Positions 9,202 through 17,492 of a DNA stretch of 64,000 nucleotides are shown here, in pieces (within the stretch, counting starts at the first letter, position 1; every line of letters starts with the position of its first letter). A program made the translations under genes and the position numbers. The DNA lies in the NCBI GenBank assembly GCA_050485685.1, contig JBJHBW010000001.1, forward strand, positions 146,118 through 210,117, read 5' to 3'. The stretch is from Gammaproteobacteria bacterium (lineage in GTDB: Bacteria; Pseudomonadota; Gammaproteobacteria; Steroidobacterales; Rariloculaceae). The notes beneath the pieces were generated by a model that ran no database searches, was not told the DNA's origin, and worked only from the letters and a program-made list of their open reading frames with translations.

Positions 9202-10512
9202 ATGAAGAAACCGCTACTGACCCGACGCTTCGCACGGCAGCTGCTTGTGCTTGCGTCCGTGACGGCGCTGATCGCGCTGCCATTACTTGCTGGCGCGCAG
9301 ACCACAGCCAGACCCGACCGGGTCGGGCTTTCCGCAGAACGCCTGAATCGCATCAGCGATTTCGCGAATCGCGCGCTTGAAGACGCGCAGTTCGCCGGCG
9401 CAGTGACACTGGTGGCCCGCAACGGGCAGATCGTTCATCTGGAAGCGCACGGCTACCAGGATCTGGAAGCCCGGACCCCGATGCGCACCGACTCCATTTT
9501 CCGCATCGCCTCGATGTCCAAACCGGTAGGCACGGTCGCAATCATGATGCTGGTCGAGGATGGCCTGATACGGCTGAACGATCCAGTATCGCGCTTCCTG
9601 CCGGAGTACGCCAACCTGCAGGTGGCCATGCGCCGCGAAGGCGGCGGCATGGGTCCGGGCGCCGCGGCTCCCCCGGGAAGCGGCGCGCCCGGTGCCGCGG
9701 CCGCACCTCCGTTCTATACGGTACCGGCCTCGCGACCCGTCCGGGTACAGGATCTGCTGATGCACACCTCGGGCATCATGAGCGGTCAGCTCAGCAACTC
9801 GCAGGGCAATGCGCATTCAGCGCGCCGCCATGATGATGGGCTTGCCTGGGTAGACAGCCTTGGCGAGGCACCGCTGGAATTTCACCCCGGAGATCGCTGG
9901 GCGTACAGCGCCCTGGCCGGCTTTGACGTAGCCAGTCGCATCGTCGAGGTCGTATCCGGAAAGACATTCGATGAATTCCTGCGCGAGCGCGTGTTTGGCC
10001 CGCTGCGCATGAACGACACATTCTTCTGGCCCAACGACGCACAGCGGGAACGACTGGCCAATTCCTATGTGCGCAGCGAAGGTCGCCTGAATCCGCGCCC
10101 GAACCCCGATTCCATGTCCAGTCCCGTGTATTACTCGGCCGCCGGCGGCTTGATGACCACGGCATCGGACTATGCGCGGTTTGCAATGATGCTGGCCAAC
10201 AACGGAGAACTGGGCGGCGCCAGAATCCTGAGCCCGCGCAGTGTGGAACTGATCGCCTCGGAATTCCTGCCCGATTCCTACCCCGGCCGCTCGGCCGGCG
10301 AGGGATTTGGTCTGGGCGTACGCGTCGTCAGCGATCCGGTCGCAGCCGGCAGCGCACTGACGGCTGGCAGTTACGGCTGGAGCGGGTTCTACGGCACCCA
10401 TTTCTGGGTGGACCCTGAGAAGAATCTGGTTGGCATACTTCTCGCGCAGACCTACTTTGCGAACTCGCGGGAAGATTTCGAAATGGCTGTCATGCAGGCC
10501 GTTATCGAGTGA
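9202..10512 (+). CDS. Secreted serine hydrolase of the beta-lactamase / class-C PBP fold
   Basis: Signal peptide MKKPLLTRRFARQLLVLASVTALIALPLLAGAQT. SxxK motif in FRIASMSKPV. A Gly/Ala/Pro low-complexity insert is present. I chose the ATG at 9202 over the track start at 9166. Confidence 0.85.
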   Translation: MKKPLLTRRFARQLLVLASVTALIALPLLAGAQTTARPDRVGLSAERLNRISDFANRALEDAQFAGAVTLVARNGQIVHLEAHGYQDLEARTPMRTDSIFRIASMSKPVGTVAIMMLVEDGLIRLNDPVSRFLPEYANLQVAMRREGGGMGPGAAAPPGSGAPGAAAAPPFYTVPASRPVRVQDLLMHTSGIMSGQLSNSQGNAHSARRHDDGLAWVDSLGEAPLEFHPGDRWAYSALAGFDVASRIVEVVSGKTFDEFLRERVFGPLRMNDTFFWPNDAQRERLANSYVRSEGRLNPRPNPDSMSSPVYYSAAGGLMTTASDYARFAMMLANNGELGGARILSPRSVELIASEFLPDSYPGRSAGEGFGLGVRVVSDPVAAGSALTAGSYGWSGFYGTHFWVDPEKNLVGILLAQTYFANSREDFEMAVMQAVIE

Positions 10513-10520
10513 CACGCAAC

Positions 10521-10552
10521 CCGCCGGCTGCACACACCGCTGCAGCCGGCGG
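10521..10552 (+). terminator. Hairpin after the serine hydrolase gene
   Basis: Perfect 12-bp stem ccgccggctgca / tgcagccggcgg with an 8-nt loop, 9 nt after the stop. No U-tract follows. Confidence 0.4.
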
Positions 10553-10645
10553 ATCCCTGACCTTGCTACCGCTCACCAGGGGCAGAAAGCGCAATCAGGA
10601 CAAGTGCAGAACAGGGCACAAGGCACAGGCCGTTTCAAGTGGAGA

Positions 10646-11143
10646 ATGACCATGACCGCCAGAATGCTTTCGATGATGCTGCTGCTTATCGTTGCAGCGC
10701 CCTCCCTGTCGCAGGCCCAGGATCAGAACCGTCAGGGGGCCGCCGGCGATGCCGGCGCGGTCATCGTGGACGGGCTGATGTGGGCGCCGGCCAGTAATGG
10801 CGAGGATGTGGTCTGGGAGGCGGCGAACAGCTACTGCCGCGCGCTGGAACTCGATGGTCACAGCGACTGGCGCCTGCCTACCCTGGCCGAGATCGAATCG
10901 CTGCATGATCCGGACAACGCCGCCAACGGCCATATCGTGAGTCCGCTTCAGCTGGAAGGCTGCTGCCTGTGGAGCAGCACCAGCCTGGCCGAACTCAGCG
11001 CGGAAGAACTCGGTCTGCCCGGAGGGCAGAGCAATCCGGCGTCGCGGTATTACTGGGGATTCCTGTTCGCCGGCGCGGTGCGCTATTACAGCGTGGAGAT
11101 ATTTCCGGACGGCCAGGCGCTCTGCGTGCGCGACTACCAGTAG
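10646..11143 (+). CDS. Secreted DUF1566 (Lcl C-terminal-like) domain protein
   Basis: GGAGA Shine-Dalgarno directly before ATGACCATG at 10646. Signal peptide MTMTARMLSMMLLLIVAAPSLSQA. DWRLPTLAEIESL is typical of DUF1566. Confidence 0.7.
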   Translation: MTMTARMLSMMLLLIVAAPSLSQAQDQNRQGAAGDAGAVIVDGLMWAPASNGEDVVWEAANSYCRALELDGHSDWRLPTLAEIESLHDPDNAANGHIVSPLQLEGCCLWSSTSLAELSAEELGLPGGQSNPASRYYWGFLFAGAVRYYSVEIFPDGQALCVRDYQ

Positions 11144-11619
11144 CCCATAATGCGCCCCATCGCGACGGCGCTGCCCCAGAACAGTAGTGACAGCATGCCA
11201 CCGAGCACCAGGACAGGTGTGGTGGCCACCAGCGACTGACGCGCAAGCGCGTCATGCCAGGCTCGTGATCGCGTGATCGCCAGCGCATTGAGCAGTCCGA
11301 GCACAATGACCGGCAGCTTGATGTAGAAGAACGGATTACCGTAGTACTCGCTGGCATTGAAGCTGATCATCATGATGCCACTGCCGATGGCAAGGATCGT
11401 ACCGGTCGCGGCAACAGGCACCGTACACCGCGCGATCACGGCCAGCGGCAGCGTGCGCCATATACCCATCAGGCGCAGATCCAGTATGAATACCGCCCCG
11501 AACAGCAGGCTGATGCCAAGGATGTGCCCGAGATTCAGCAGCGCATAGGTCCACACACCGGCGCCACGCAGTGTGTCGGCCAGGGCGCTGGATTCCAGCC
11601 AGGTCAGCAGATCCAGCAT
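11134..11619 (-). CDS. Hypothetical integral membrane protein (about 4-5 TM)
   Basis: 161-aa hydrophobic ORF on the same strand as, and 72 nt downstream of, the DUF6152-like gene. I do not recognise the family with confidence. Its 3' end overlaps the convergent DUF1566 gene by 10 nt. Confidence 0.55.
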   Translation of the reverse strand: MLDLLTWLESSALADTLRGAGVWTYALLNLGHILGISLLFGAVFILDLRLMGIWRTLPLAVIARCTVPVAATGTILAIGSGIMMISFNASEYYGNPFFYIKLPVIVLGLLNALAITRSRAWHDALARQSLVATTPVLVLGGMLSLLFWGSAVAMGRIMGYW

Positions 11620-11690
11620 TGCCCGCCTTCAGCCTGTACGCCGGGGAACTGGCACGTTGAAGCCGGTGCGCCGACGTGTTTGTGTGGTGG

Positions 11691-12065
11691 TCAGTTGACC
11701 GGATAGACGTCGTAGTTCGTGCCGTCGTGCGTCACGCGGCGCGTCTTCACCTCATGACGGTTCGCGTCACTGTTGCGCGCGCCCATGACCGTCACGGTGT
11801 CGCCTTCGGACAGCACGTTCTCATTGAGCCCGGCGCGACTGGTTCGCGGTGCCGGCGCCAGCGTGATGTCCCAGACCTGACCATCGGCGTCACGGATCTG
11901 CATGCTTGCATGGGGGCCGGCCAGACTGACGGGACGGACCACCGTGCCAGTCAGTTCTATCGCCGCGGTGTTGTCGCTCCAGCCATGGTGTGCACCGGCC
12001 GCAGACATCAGGCCGATGGCGGAAGCCGCCGTCGCTATCAGTACCAATCCACTGCGTGTGCGCAT
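11691..12065 (-). CDS. Small secreted protein, DUF6152-like
   Basis: GGAGG Shine-Dalgarno 6 nt before the ATG at 12065. Signal peptide MRTRSGLVLIATAASAIGLMSAAGA followed by HHGWS. The mature part of about 100 aa looks beta-rich. The upstream part of the track ORF (to 12431) was rejected. Confidence 0.6.
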   Translation of the reverse strand: MRTRSGLVLIATAASAIGLMSAAGAHHGWSDNTAAIELTGTVVRPVSLAGPHASMQIRDADGQVWDITLAPAPRTSRAGLNENVLSEGDTVTVMGARNSDANRHEVKTRRVTHDGTNYDVYPVN

Positions 12066-12285
12066 GGTTGACCTCCTTCGGGTCCTGCCGGTTGGTAGCA
12101 GACATTGGCGCGGATTTCTGCATCCGCGACACAGCCAGATTACTGGACACGCCGGCAAAAATCCAAACTCGCCGCAGCACGCACGCGCCGGAATTTTGCT
12201 GCCGGGCCCGTGCGTAGCCCACAATAGGCCGTCAGAGACCGGCCTGAACCGGTCCGCATTCGCTGCACCGACACGGGAGACCCCT

Positions 12286-13197
12286 ATGCCACGCCTGTTT
12301 CTGATCGCCGTTGCCGTCGCTGTCCTTGCGGCCTGTGCATCCCCGTCAGTCAAGGCCGAAACACGCGTGATTGCGCTGGGCACCGGCACACCGGTACCCG
12401 ATCCGGAGCGCGCCGGATCCTCGATTGCCATTGTGGTCGGCGGCGAAGCCTACCTGTTCGACGCTGGCGGCGGCACCGTGCAGCGCGCCATCGAGGCGTC
12501 GGCCCGCTACGACCTGCCGGAACTGATTCCGCAGAGCATCCGCCACCTGTTCATCACGCACATGCACAGCGACCACATCCATGACATCGCCGAGCTCGCC
12601 TCAGCGCGCTGGTGGTCCAGGGAACACCGCCTGAACGTCTACGGACCACGCGGCATCGCCGAGTACATTGAGCACATGAACGCGATGGGCGATGTGGAAG
12701 CTGCAATACGCGTACCGGGCACGCCGCCGGAACTGATCAACGACCGTTACGGCTACCGCGCAATCACAACGGAAATAGAAGACGGAGTCGTATTCGAGAA
12801 CGAACACATCTCGGTGCGCGCATTCACGGTCGACCACGGCGACATCCGACCGGCCTACGGCTATCGCATCGAAACCGCCGACCGCACCATCGTCATCTCC
12901 GGCGACACCGCATTCAGCGAACGCCTGATCGCACAGTCACAGAATGTCGACCTGCTGTTCCACGAAGTCGTGAGCGGCGATCGGCTGTCCGAGATGTCGG
13001 AATTCTGGCAGCACTACCACGGCACCTCGCACACCACCACCGACGAACTGGCCGAAGTCGCCAATCGAACCCAACCCGGCACGCTCGTGCTCTACCACGT
13101 CCTCTTCATAGGGGCCACCGGCGACGAAATCGTCGCCGAAATCACCCGCAGCTACGACGGTCGCGTCGTCCTGGCCAACGACCTCGACGAATTCTGA
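12286..13197 (+). CDS. MBL-fold metallo-hydrolase lipoprotein (RNase Z/ElaC-like beta-lactamase fold)
   Basis: Lipobox in MPRLFLIAVAVAVLAAC. Metal-binding motif HMHSDHIHD. The track ORF start at 11902 lies inside and antisense to the neighbouring gene, so it was trimmed to the ATG at 12286. Confidence 0.85.
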   Translation: MPRLFLIAVAVAVLAACASPSVKAETRVIALGTGTPVPDPERAGSSIAIVVGGEAYLFDAGGGTVQRAIEASARYDLPELIPQSIRHLFITHMHSDHIHDIAELASARWWSREHRLNVYGPRGIAEYIEHMNAMGDVEAAIRVPGTPPELINDRYGYRAITTEIEDGVVFENEHISVRAFTVDHGDIRPAYGYRIETADRTIVISGDTAFSERLIAQSQNVDLLFHEVVSGDRLSEMSEFWQHYHGTSHTTTDELAEVANRTQPGTLVLYHVLFIGATGDEIVAEITRSYDGRVVLANDLDEF

Positions 13198-13222
13198 CGC
13201 GGCTTCATCCTGCTGGACGAGT

Positions 13223-13446
13223 GCTGACGCGGCTTTTTCCTGAACGCCATGTCAACGTTTCCTGCACTCTCTGTCGTGACCTGACCCTCACGAGGGGGCG
13301 TCCGCGGCCAGGGATGGCCGCGGCCGAGGCCGCAGGACGCGACTTTCGCCGTCCCCCTCGTGAGGGTCAGGTCACGACAGAGAGCGCAAACCGCCCACGC
13401 CGATGGCGTTCAGGAAGAAGCCGCCCGATGCGGCGAGCGTGTCAGC
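13223..13446. repeat. Nested palindromic intergenic element (~224 nt) with a perfect 32-bp inverted repeat
   Basis: Inner arms 13267-13298 and 13353-13384 are perfect reverse complements (ctctctgtcgtgacctgaccctcacgaggggg). A central 9-bp hairpin pairs 13302-13310 with 13315-13323. Outer arms cctgaacgccat (13239-13250) / atggcgttcagg (13403-13414) and gctgac (13223-13228) / gtcagc (13441-13446) also pair. The 19-nt left end is repeated at 13194-13212 across the stop codon of the upstream gene. Confidence 0.85.
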
Positions 13447-13513
13447 CGCAGCCTGGCGTGGCCAGTCGTGCCAAGGCATGGCAGGGCATACCCTGCCGCA
13501 GCCAGGCTTGGTA

Positions 13514-14422
13514 TCAGCTGTCGTCGCGCTCGATGTAGCGGCGTGTGAGTCCGCTGTAGGCGTCGATGCGGCGGTCGCGGAAGAAGGGCCAGCCGACGCG
13601 GACCGTCTCAATCGCAGCGAAGTCCAGCTGTTCGATGATGATGGCGTCGCGGTCGGCAGGGGCGCGCGCGATGATGCGGCCGTCCGGGGCGGCGATGAAG
13701 CTTTGTCCCCAGAATTCTATGCCGCCGTCGCTGGCCGGGTCCGGTTCGAAGCCGTGGCGATTCACGGCGAGTACGTAGCAGCCGTTCGCGATGGCATGGG
13801 CGCGCTGCATGGTTTCCCAGGCGCTGTGCTGGCTGGGTCCGTGCGTGTCTTTTTCTTCGGGGTGCCAGCCGATCGCGGTTGGATACACGAGCACTTCGGC
13901 GCCGGACAGTGCCGTCAGGCGGGCTGCCTCCGGATACCACTGATCCCAGCACACCAGTACGCCGAGTTCGCAGGCTGACGTGCTGAACGTACCGAAGCCG
14001 AGGTCACCGGGTGTGAAGTAGAACTTCTCGTAATAGCGCGGATCGTCGGGGATGTGCATCTTGCGATACTTGCCGACATAGCCTTTCGCGCCATCCAGCA
14101 CGGCTGCGGTGTTGTGGAACAGGCCGGGCGCGCGGCGCTCGAACAGGCTGGCGACCACGGTCACGTCGAGTTCGGACGCGAGTTTCCCGACCGCATCCGT
14201 CGCAGGACCGGGTATGGATTCGGCCAGTGCGAAGTGGGCCGCGTCCTCGGTCTGGCAGAAGTAGCGGCTCGTGAACAGCTCGGGCAGCACGATCAGCTTC
14301 GCGCCCTGTGCCGCGGCATCGCGGATCTTTTCCAGGGCATGGGCCAGATTGCGCTGCGGCGCCTCATCCATGGCCATCTGCACCAGCCCGACCGTCAGTG
14401 GCGTGCGCGTGTCGCGTGTCAT
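13514..14422 (-). CDS. aguB: N-carbamoylputrescine amidase (nitrilase superfamily)
   Basis: Carbon-nitrogen hydrolase Glu-Lys-Cys context (VLPELF, YRKMHIP, VLVCWDQWYPE). Last gene of the agmatine pathway operon. Confidence 0.9.
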   Translation of the reverse strand: MTRDTRTPLTVGLVQMAMDEAPQRNLAHALEKIRDAAAQGAKLIVLPELFTSRYFCQTEDAAHFALAESIPGPATDAVGKLASELDVTVVASLFERRAPGLFHNTAAVLDGAKGYVGKYRKMHIPDDPRYYEKFYFTPGDLGFGTFSTSACELGVLVCWDQWYPEAARLTALSGAEVLVYPTAIGWHPEEKDTHGPSQHSAWETMQRAHAIANGCYVLAVNRHGFEPDPASDGGIEFWGQSFIAAPDGRIIARAPADRDAIIIEQLDFAAIETVRVGWPFFRDRRIDAYSGLTRRYIERDDS

Positions 14423-14441
14423 CCTCAGGCTCCGTCCGCCG

Positions 14442-16418
14442 TCAGGCGTCGCGTTCCATGCTGCCGGGATCGCAGTAGGTGTTCTTCGGGAAGCAGGCCA
14501 TGTACTGATCGAGGATCTCCATGCCCTGCGAAGGACGCACCACGCCGGCCTGAATCTTGCCGCGAATCAGTTCGTTCATGCGGCGGTGCAGGTCGTTGGG
14601 GAAGTACTGCACCTGGGCCAGCATGTCCTGCACCGCGGTGCCGGGAATCACTTTCTCGATCCAGAAGTTGCCGGGCTCCTCGGCGTCGGCATAGATATGC
14701 GCCTCGGACACGCGCCCGAACAGGTTGTGCGCATCGCCGACGATGTCCTCGTACGCGCCCATCAGGAAGAACCCGAGATAGTAAGGTTCACCCGGCACCA
14801 TGGTATGCACCGGCAGGAAGCGGCCATCGCCATGCGCTGACACATAGTGGGTGACCTTGCCGTCGGAGTCGCAGGTCAGGTCCACGAGGATCGCGCGCCG
14901 CGTCGGCTGCTCCTGCAGGCGCTCTATCGGCATGATCGGAAAAGGCTGGCCTATGGCCCAGTGATCGAGCATGGACTGGAACACGGAGAAATCGCACAGG
15001 TACTGATCTGTCAGCAGTACCTCCAGCTCATTGATCTCGGTCTCCGATGCTTCCGGGTTACGCCTCAGGGACTCCAGCAGCGTCGTGCACACGCGCCAGT
15101 AAAGACGTTCGGCCAGCGCGCGCTGTTCCAGCGACATGTAGCCCAGCGTGAACAGGTTGCGCACGTCCTCCAGGCGCTCGTTGGCATCGTGCAGCGCCTC
15201 GGTCAGTTCGCCCGGCTCCACGGTCCCGGGCAGATAGTCCACGATGCGCGCCAGCGCCTGAACCGGTTCGTCAGCGTCCTCATCGATCGTAAGCGGCTGC
15301 GTGACATCGTCCTTGGATTGCGCGCCTATGACCGGCACGATCAGCACCGAATGGTGGGCGGTCAGCGCGCGCCCGCTTTCGGTCACGATCACCGGCACCG
15401 GTACGTCGTTGGCCTCGCAGACCTCCTTGACAGTGAACACGACCGCGTTCGCGTATTCCTGCAGGCTGTAGTTGATGCCGGCATGTTCGCCCAGCTGTCC
15501 CTTGCAGTAGTTCACGCCCAGGCCGCCGCCCACGTCCAGATATTTCAGGCCCACGCCACGCTGGACCAGCGCGGAATAGATCTGAGCGACCTCCTTGATC
15601 GCCTGCTTGAGCACCTGGATATCAGCCACCTGACTGCCGATGTGGCAATGCAGCAGCACCAGTTTGTCCCGCCTGCCCGTGCGCTCAAGCTCACCGACCA
15701 TGCGCACGACTTCGGCCACGCGCAGACCGAACTTTGAATTGCTGCCGGACGACTCCGACCAGCGGCCCGAGCCGCGCGTCGCAAGGCGCACACGCACGCC
15801 CATCACAGGCGCGAAACCTTCCTGTTCGGCCAGCATGTTGATGTCCACGAACTCGGAGTACTTCTCGACCACCGGCACCACGTTCTGGCCAAGCCGCTGC
15901 GCCGACATCATCAGCGACAGCATGGTGCGATCCTTGACGCCATTGCAGACCAGCAGGGTTTCGCCGTTGACATGCGGCAGCGTCGCGATCAGCTCGGCCT
16001 TGGAGCCGCACTCAAGGCCCATGCCATAAGCGCGGCCGGCATCCAGCAGTTCGTCCACCACTTCGTGCAGCTGATTGACCTTGATCGGGTAGATGCCGCG
16101 GTAGACATTGTCATACCCGGCCTCGGCAATGGCTTCGCTGAAGGCTTCGTTGATGCGTCGCACCTGAGCCGACAGGATGTCCTGAAATCGCAGCAGCACC
16201 GGCATCTGTACGCCACGCCTGCGCAGTTCGGCGACAATCGCGGGAATCGCCATTGTCGTGTCCTGATTGTCCAGCGCACGCACCGCCACCTGGCCGTTCT
16301 CGTCTACAAAGAAATACGGTTCGCCCCAGCTGTCGACGCGATAAAGCGCGGATGCGTCATCCACGGACCAGTGTTCCCCGGCAGCGGCGGCCGGCACCTC
16401 GTATGCGCGTACCGACAT
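14442..16418 (-). CDS. speA: Biosynthetic arginine decarboxylase
   Basis: 658 aa with full-length similarity to SpeA as I recognise it (YGIYPIKVN-type region GIYPIKVNQ, PLP-binding fold, C-terminal CDSDGK). There is a 2-nt gap to the upstream gene. Confidence 0.95.
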   Translation of the reverse strand: MSVRAYEVPAAAAGEHWSVDDASALYRVDSWGEPYFFVDENGQVAVRALDNQDTTMAIPAIVAELRRRGVQMPVLLRFQDILSAQVRRINEAFSEAIAEAGYDNVYRGIYPIKVNQLHEVVDELLDAGRAYGMGLECGSKAELIATLPHVNGETLLVCNGVKDRTMLSLMMSAQRLGQNVVPVVEKYSEFVDINMLAEQEGFAPVMGVRVRLATRGSGRWSESSGSNSKFGLRVAEVVRMVGELERTGRRDKLVLLHCHIGSQVADIQVLKQAIKEVAQIYSALVQRGVGLKYLDVGGGLGVNYCKGQLGEHAGINYSLQEYANAVVFTVKEVCEANDVPVPVIVTESGRALTAHHSVLIVPVIGAQSKDDVTQPLTIDEDADEPVQALARIVDYLPGTVEPGELTEALHDANERLEDVRNLFTLGYMSLEQRALAERLYWRVCTTLLESLRRNPEASETEINELEVLLTDQYLCDFSVFQSMLDHWAIGQPFPIMPIERLQEQPTRRAILVDLTCDSDGKVTHYVSAHGDGRFLPVHTMVPGEPYYLGFFLMGAYEDIVGDAHNLFGRVSEAHIYADAEEPGNFWIEKVIPGTAVQDMLAQVQYFPNDLHRRMNELIRGKIQAGVVRPSQGMEILDQYMACFPKNTYCDPGSMERDA

Positions 16419-16420
16419 GG

Positions 16421-17392
16421 TTACTCTCCCAGCACGTAGGCAAAAATCAGGGGTGCGACGATGGTCGCGTCGGATTCGATCACGAATTTCGGCGTATCTG
16501 CGGAGAGCTTGCCCCAGGTGATCTTCTCGTTCGGCACTGCACCGGAATAGGATCCGTAGCTCGTCGTGGAATCACTGATCTGGCAGAAGTACCCCCAGCG
16601 CGGCACGTCCTCGTACTCAAGGTCCTGCTCCAGCATGGGCACCACACAGATAGGGAAGTCACCGGCGATGCCGCCTCCGATCTGAAAGAAGCCTATGGAC
16701 TGCCGTGCACTGGTCTCGCGATACCATTCCGCCAGCTCCATCATGTATTCGATACCGGACCGCACGGTGAGCGGATCCTCAATACGACCGGCGATGCAGT
16801 GCGCAGCAAAGAAGTTGCCCAGCGTCGAGTCTTCCCAACCGGGTACGAACATGGGCAGGCCGGCCTCGGCGGCCGCCAGCAGCCAGCTGTCTTCAGGATC
16901 GATCTGATAGGACGACTCGAGCTTGCCGCTGAGCAGCACGCGATACAGGAATTCGTGCGGGAACAGTCGCTCGCCATTGCGATCAGCCGCGCTCCACTCC
17001 TCGAACACGGCCTTCTCGATACGCCGCATGGCCTCATGCTCGGGGATGCAGGTGTCGGTAACGCGATTGAGGTGTTGCTCCAGCAGCGCCTCTTCCTGTT
17101 CGGGCGACAGGTGGCGGTAGTGCGGAATGCGCACGTAATGCTCGTGCGCAACCAGATTGAAGATGTCTTCTTCCAGATTCGCGCCGGTGCAGCTGATCGC
17201 GTGCACCTTGCCCCGGCGGATCATCTCGGCAAGCGACAGCCCCAGCTCGGCCGTGCTCATCGCACCGGCCAGCGTGATCAGCATCTGACCGCCGGCATCG
17301 AGATGGTGCACATAGCCGTCGGCCGCATCGCGCAACGCTGCGGCATTGAAGTGACGGTAGTTGTGGCGGATGAAGTCGGAAATGGCACCCAT
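16421..17392 (-). CDS. Deoxyhypusine synthase-like (DHS/homospermidine synthase-like) protein
   Basis: Motifs ISCTGANLEEDIF and GGGIAGDF are present, and the C-terminal SGAVPNEKITWGKL retains the WGK lysine that forms the enzyme-imine in eukaryotic DHS (as I recall). I chose the ATG at 17392 (MGAISDFI); the upstream 21 codons of the track ORF have no support. Confidence 0.85.
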   Translation of the reverse strand: MGAISDFIRHNYRHFNAAALRDAADGYVHHLDAGGQMLITLAGAMSTAELGLSLAEMIRRGKVHAISCTGANLEEDIFNLVAHEHYVRIPHYRHLSPEQEEALLEQHLNRVTDTCIPEHEAMRRIEKAVFEEWSAADRNGERLFPHEFLYRVLLSGKLESSYQIDPEDSWLLAAAEAGLPMFVPGWEDSTLGNFFAAHCIAGRIEDPLTVRSGIEYMMELAEWYRETSARQSIGFFQIGGGIAGDFPICVVPMLEQDLEYEDVPRWGYFCQISDSTTSYGSYSGAVPNEKITWGKLSADTPKFVIESDATIVAPLIFAYVLGE

Positions 17393-17492
17393 CAGAAACC
17401 CTCGTGCGGGGACGGTCGGCGGGAAAGGTGCACAGAGTAGGAAATCAGACACCACCCTACAATAGCCGCAGCGCCGAAATGCACCATGCCGG

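Noticed and set aside
13223-13446. Possibility that the palindrome is an integron attC site
   Set aside because: I found no integrase gene in the window and could not identify RYYYAAC / GTTRRRY core sites at the arm ends. The 32-bp perfect stem is unlike the bulged attC structure.
13221-13611. Small ORFs (105 aa +, 62 aa +, 79 aa -) inside the palindromic intergenic element
   Set aside because: They are generated by the inverted repeat itself and their sequences mirror each other. They lack a Shine-Dalgarno and read as Arg/Pro/Ala-rich. The region is better explained as a structured DNA/RNA element.
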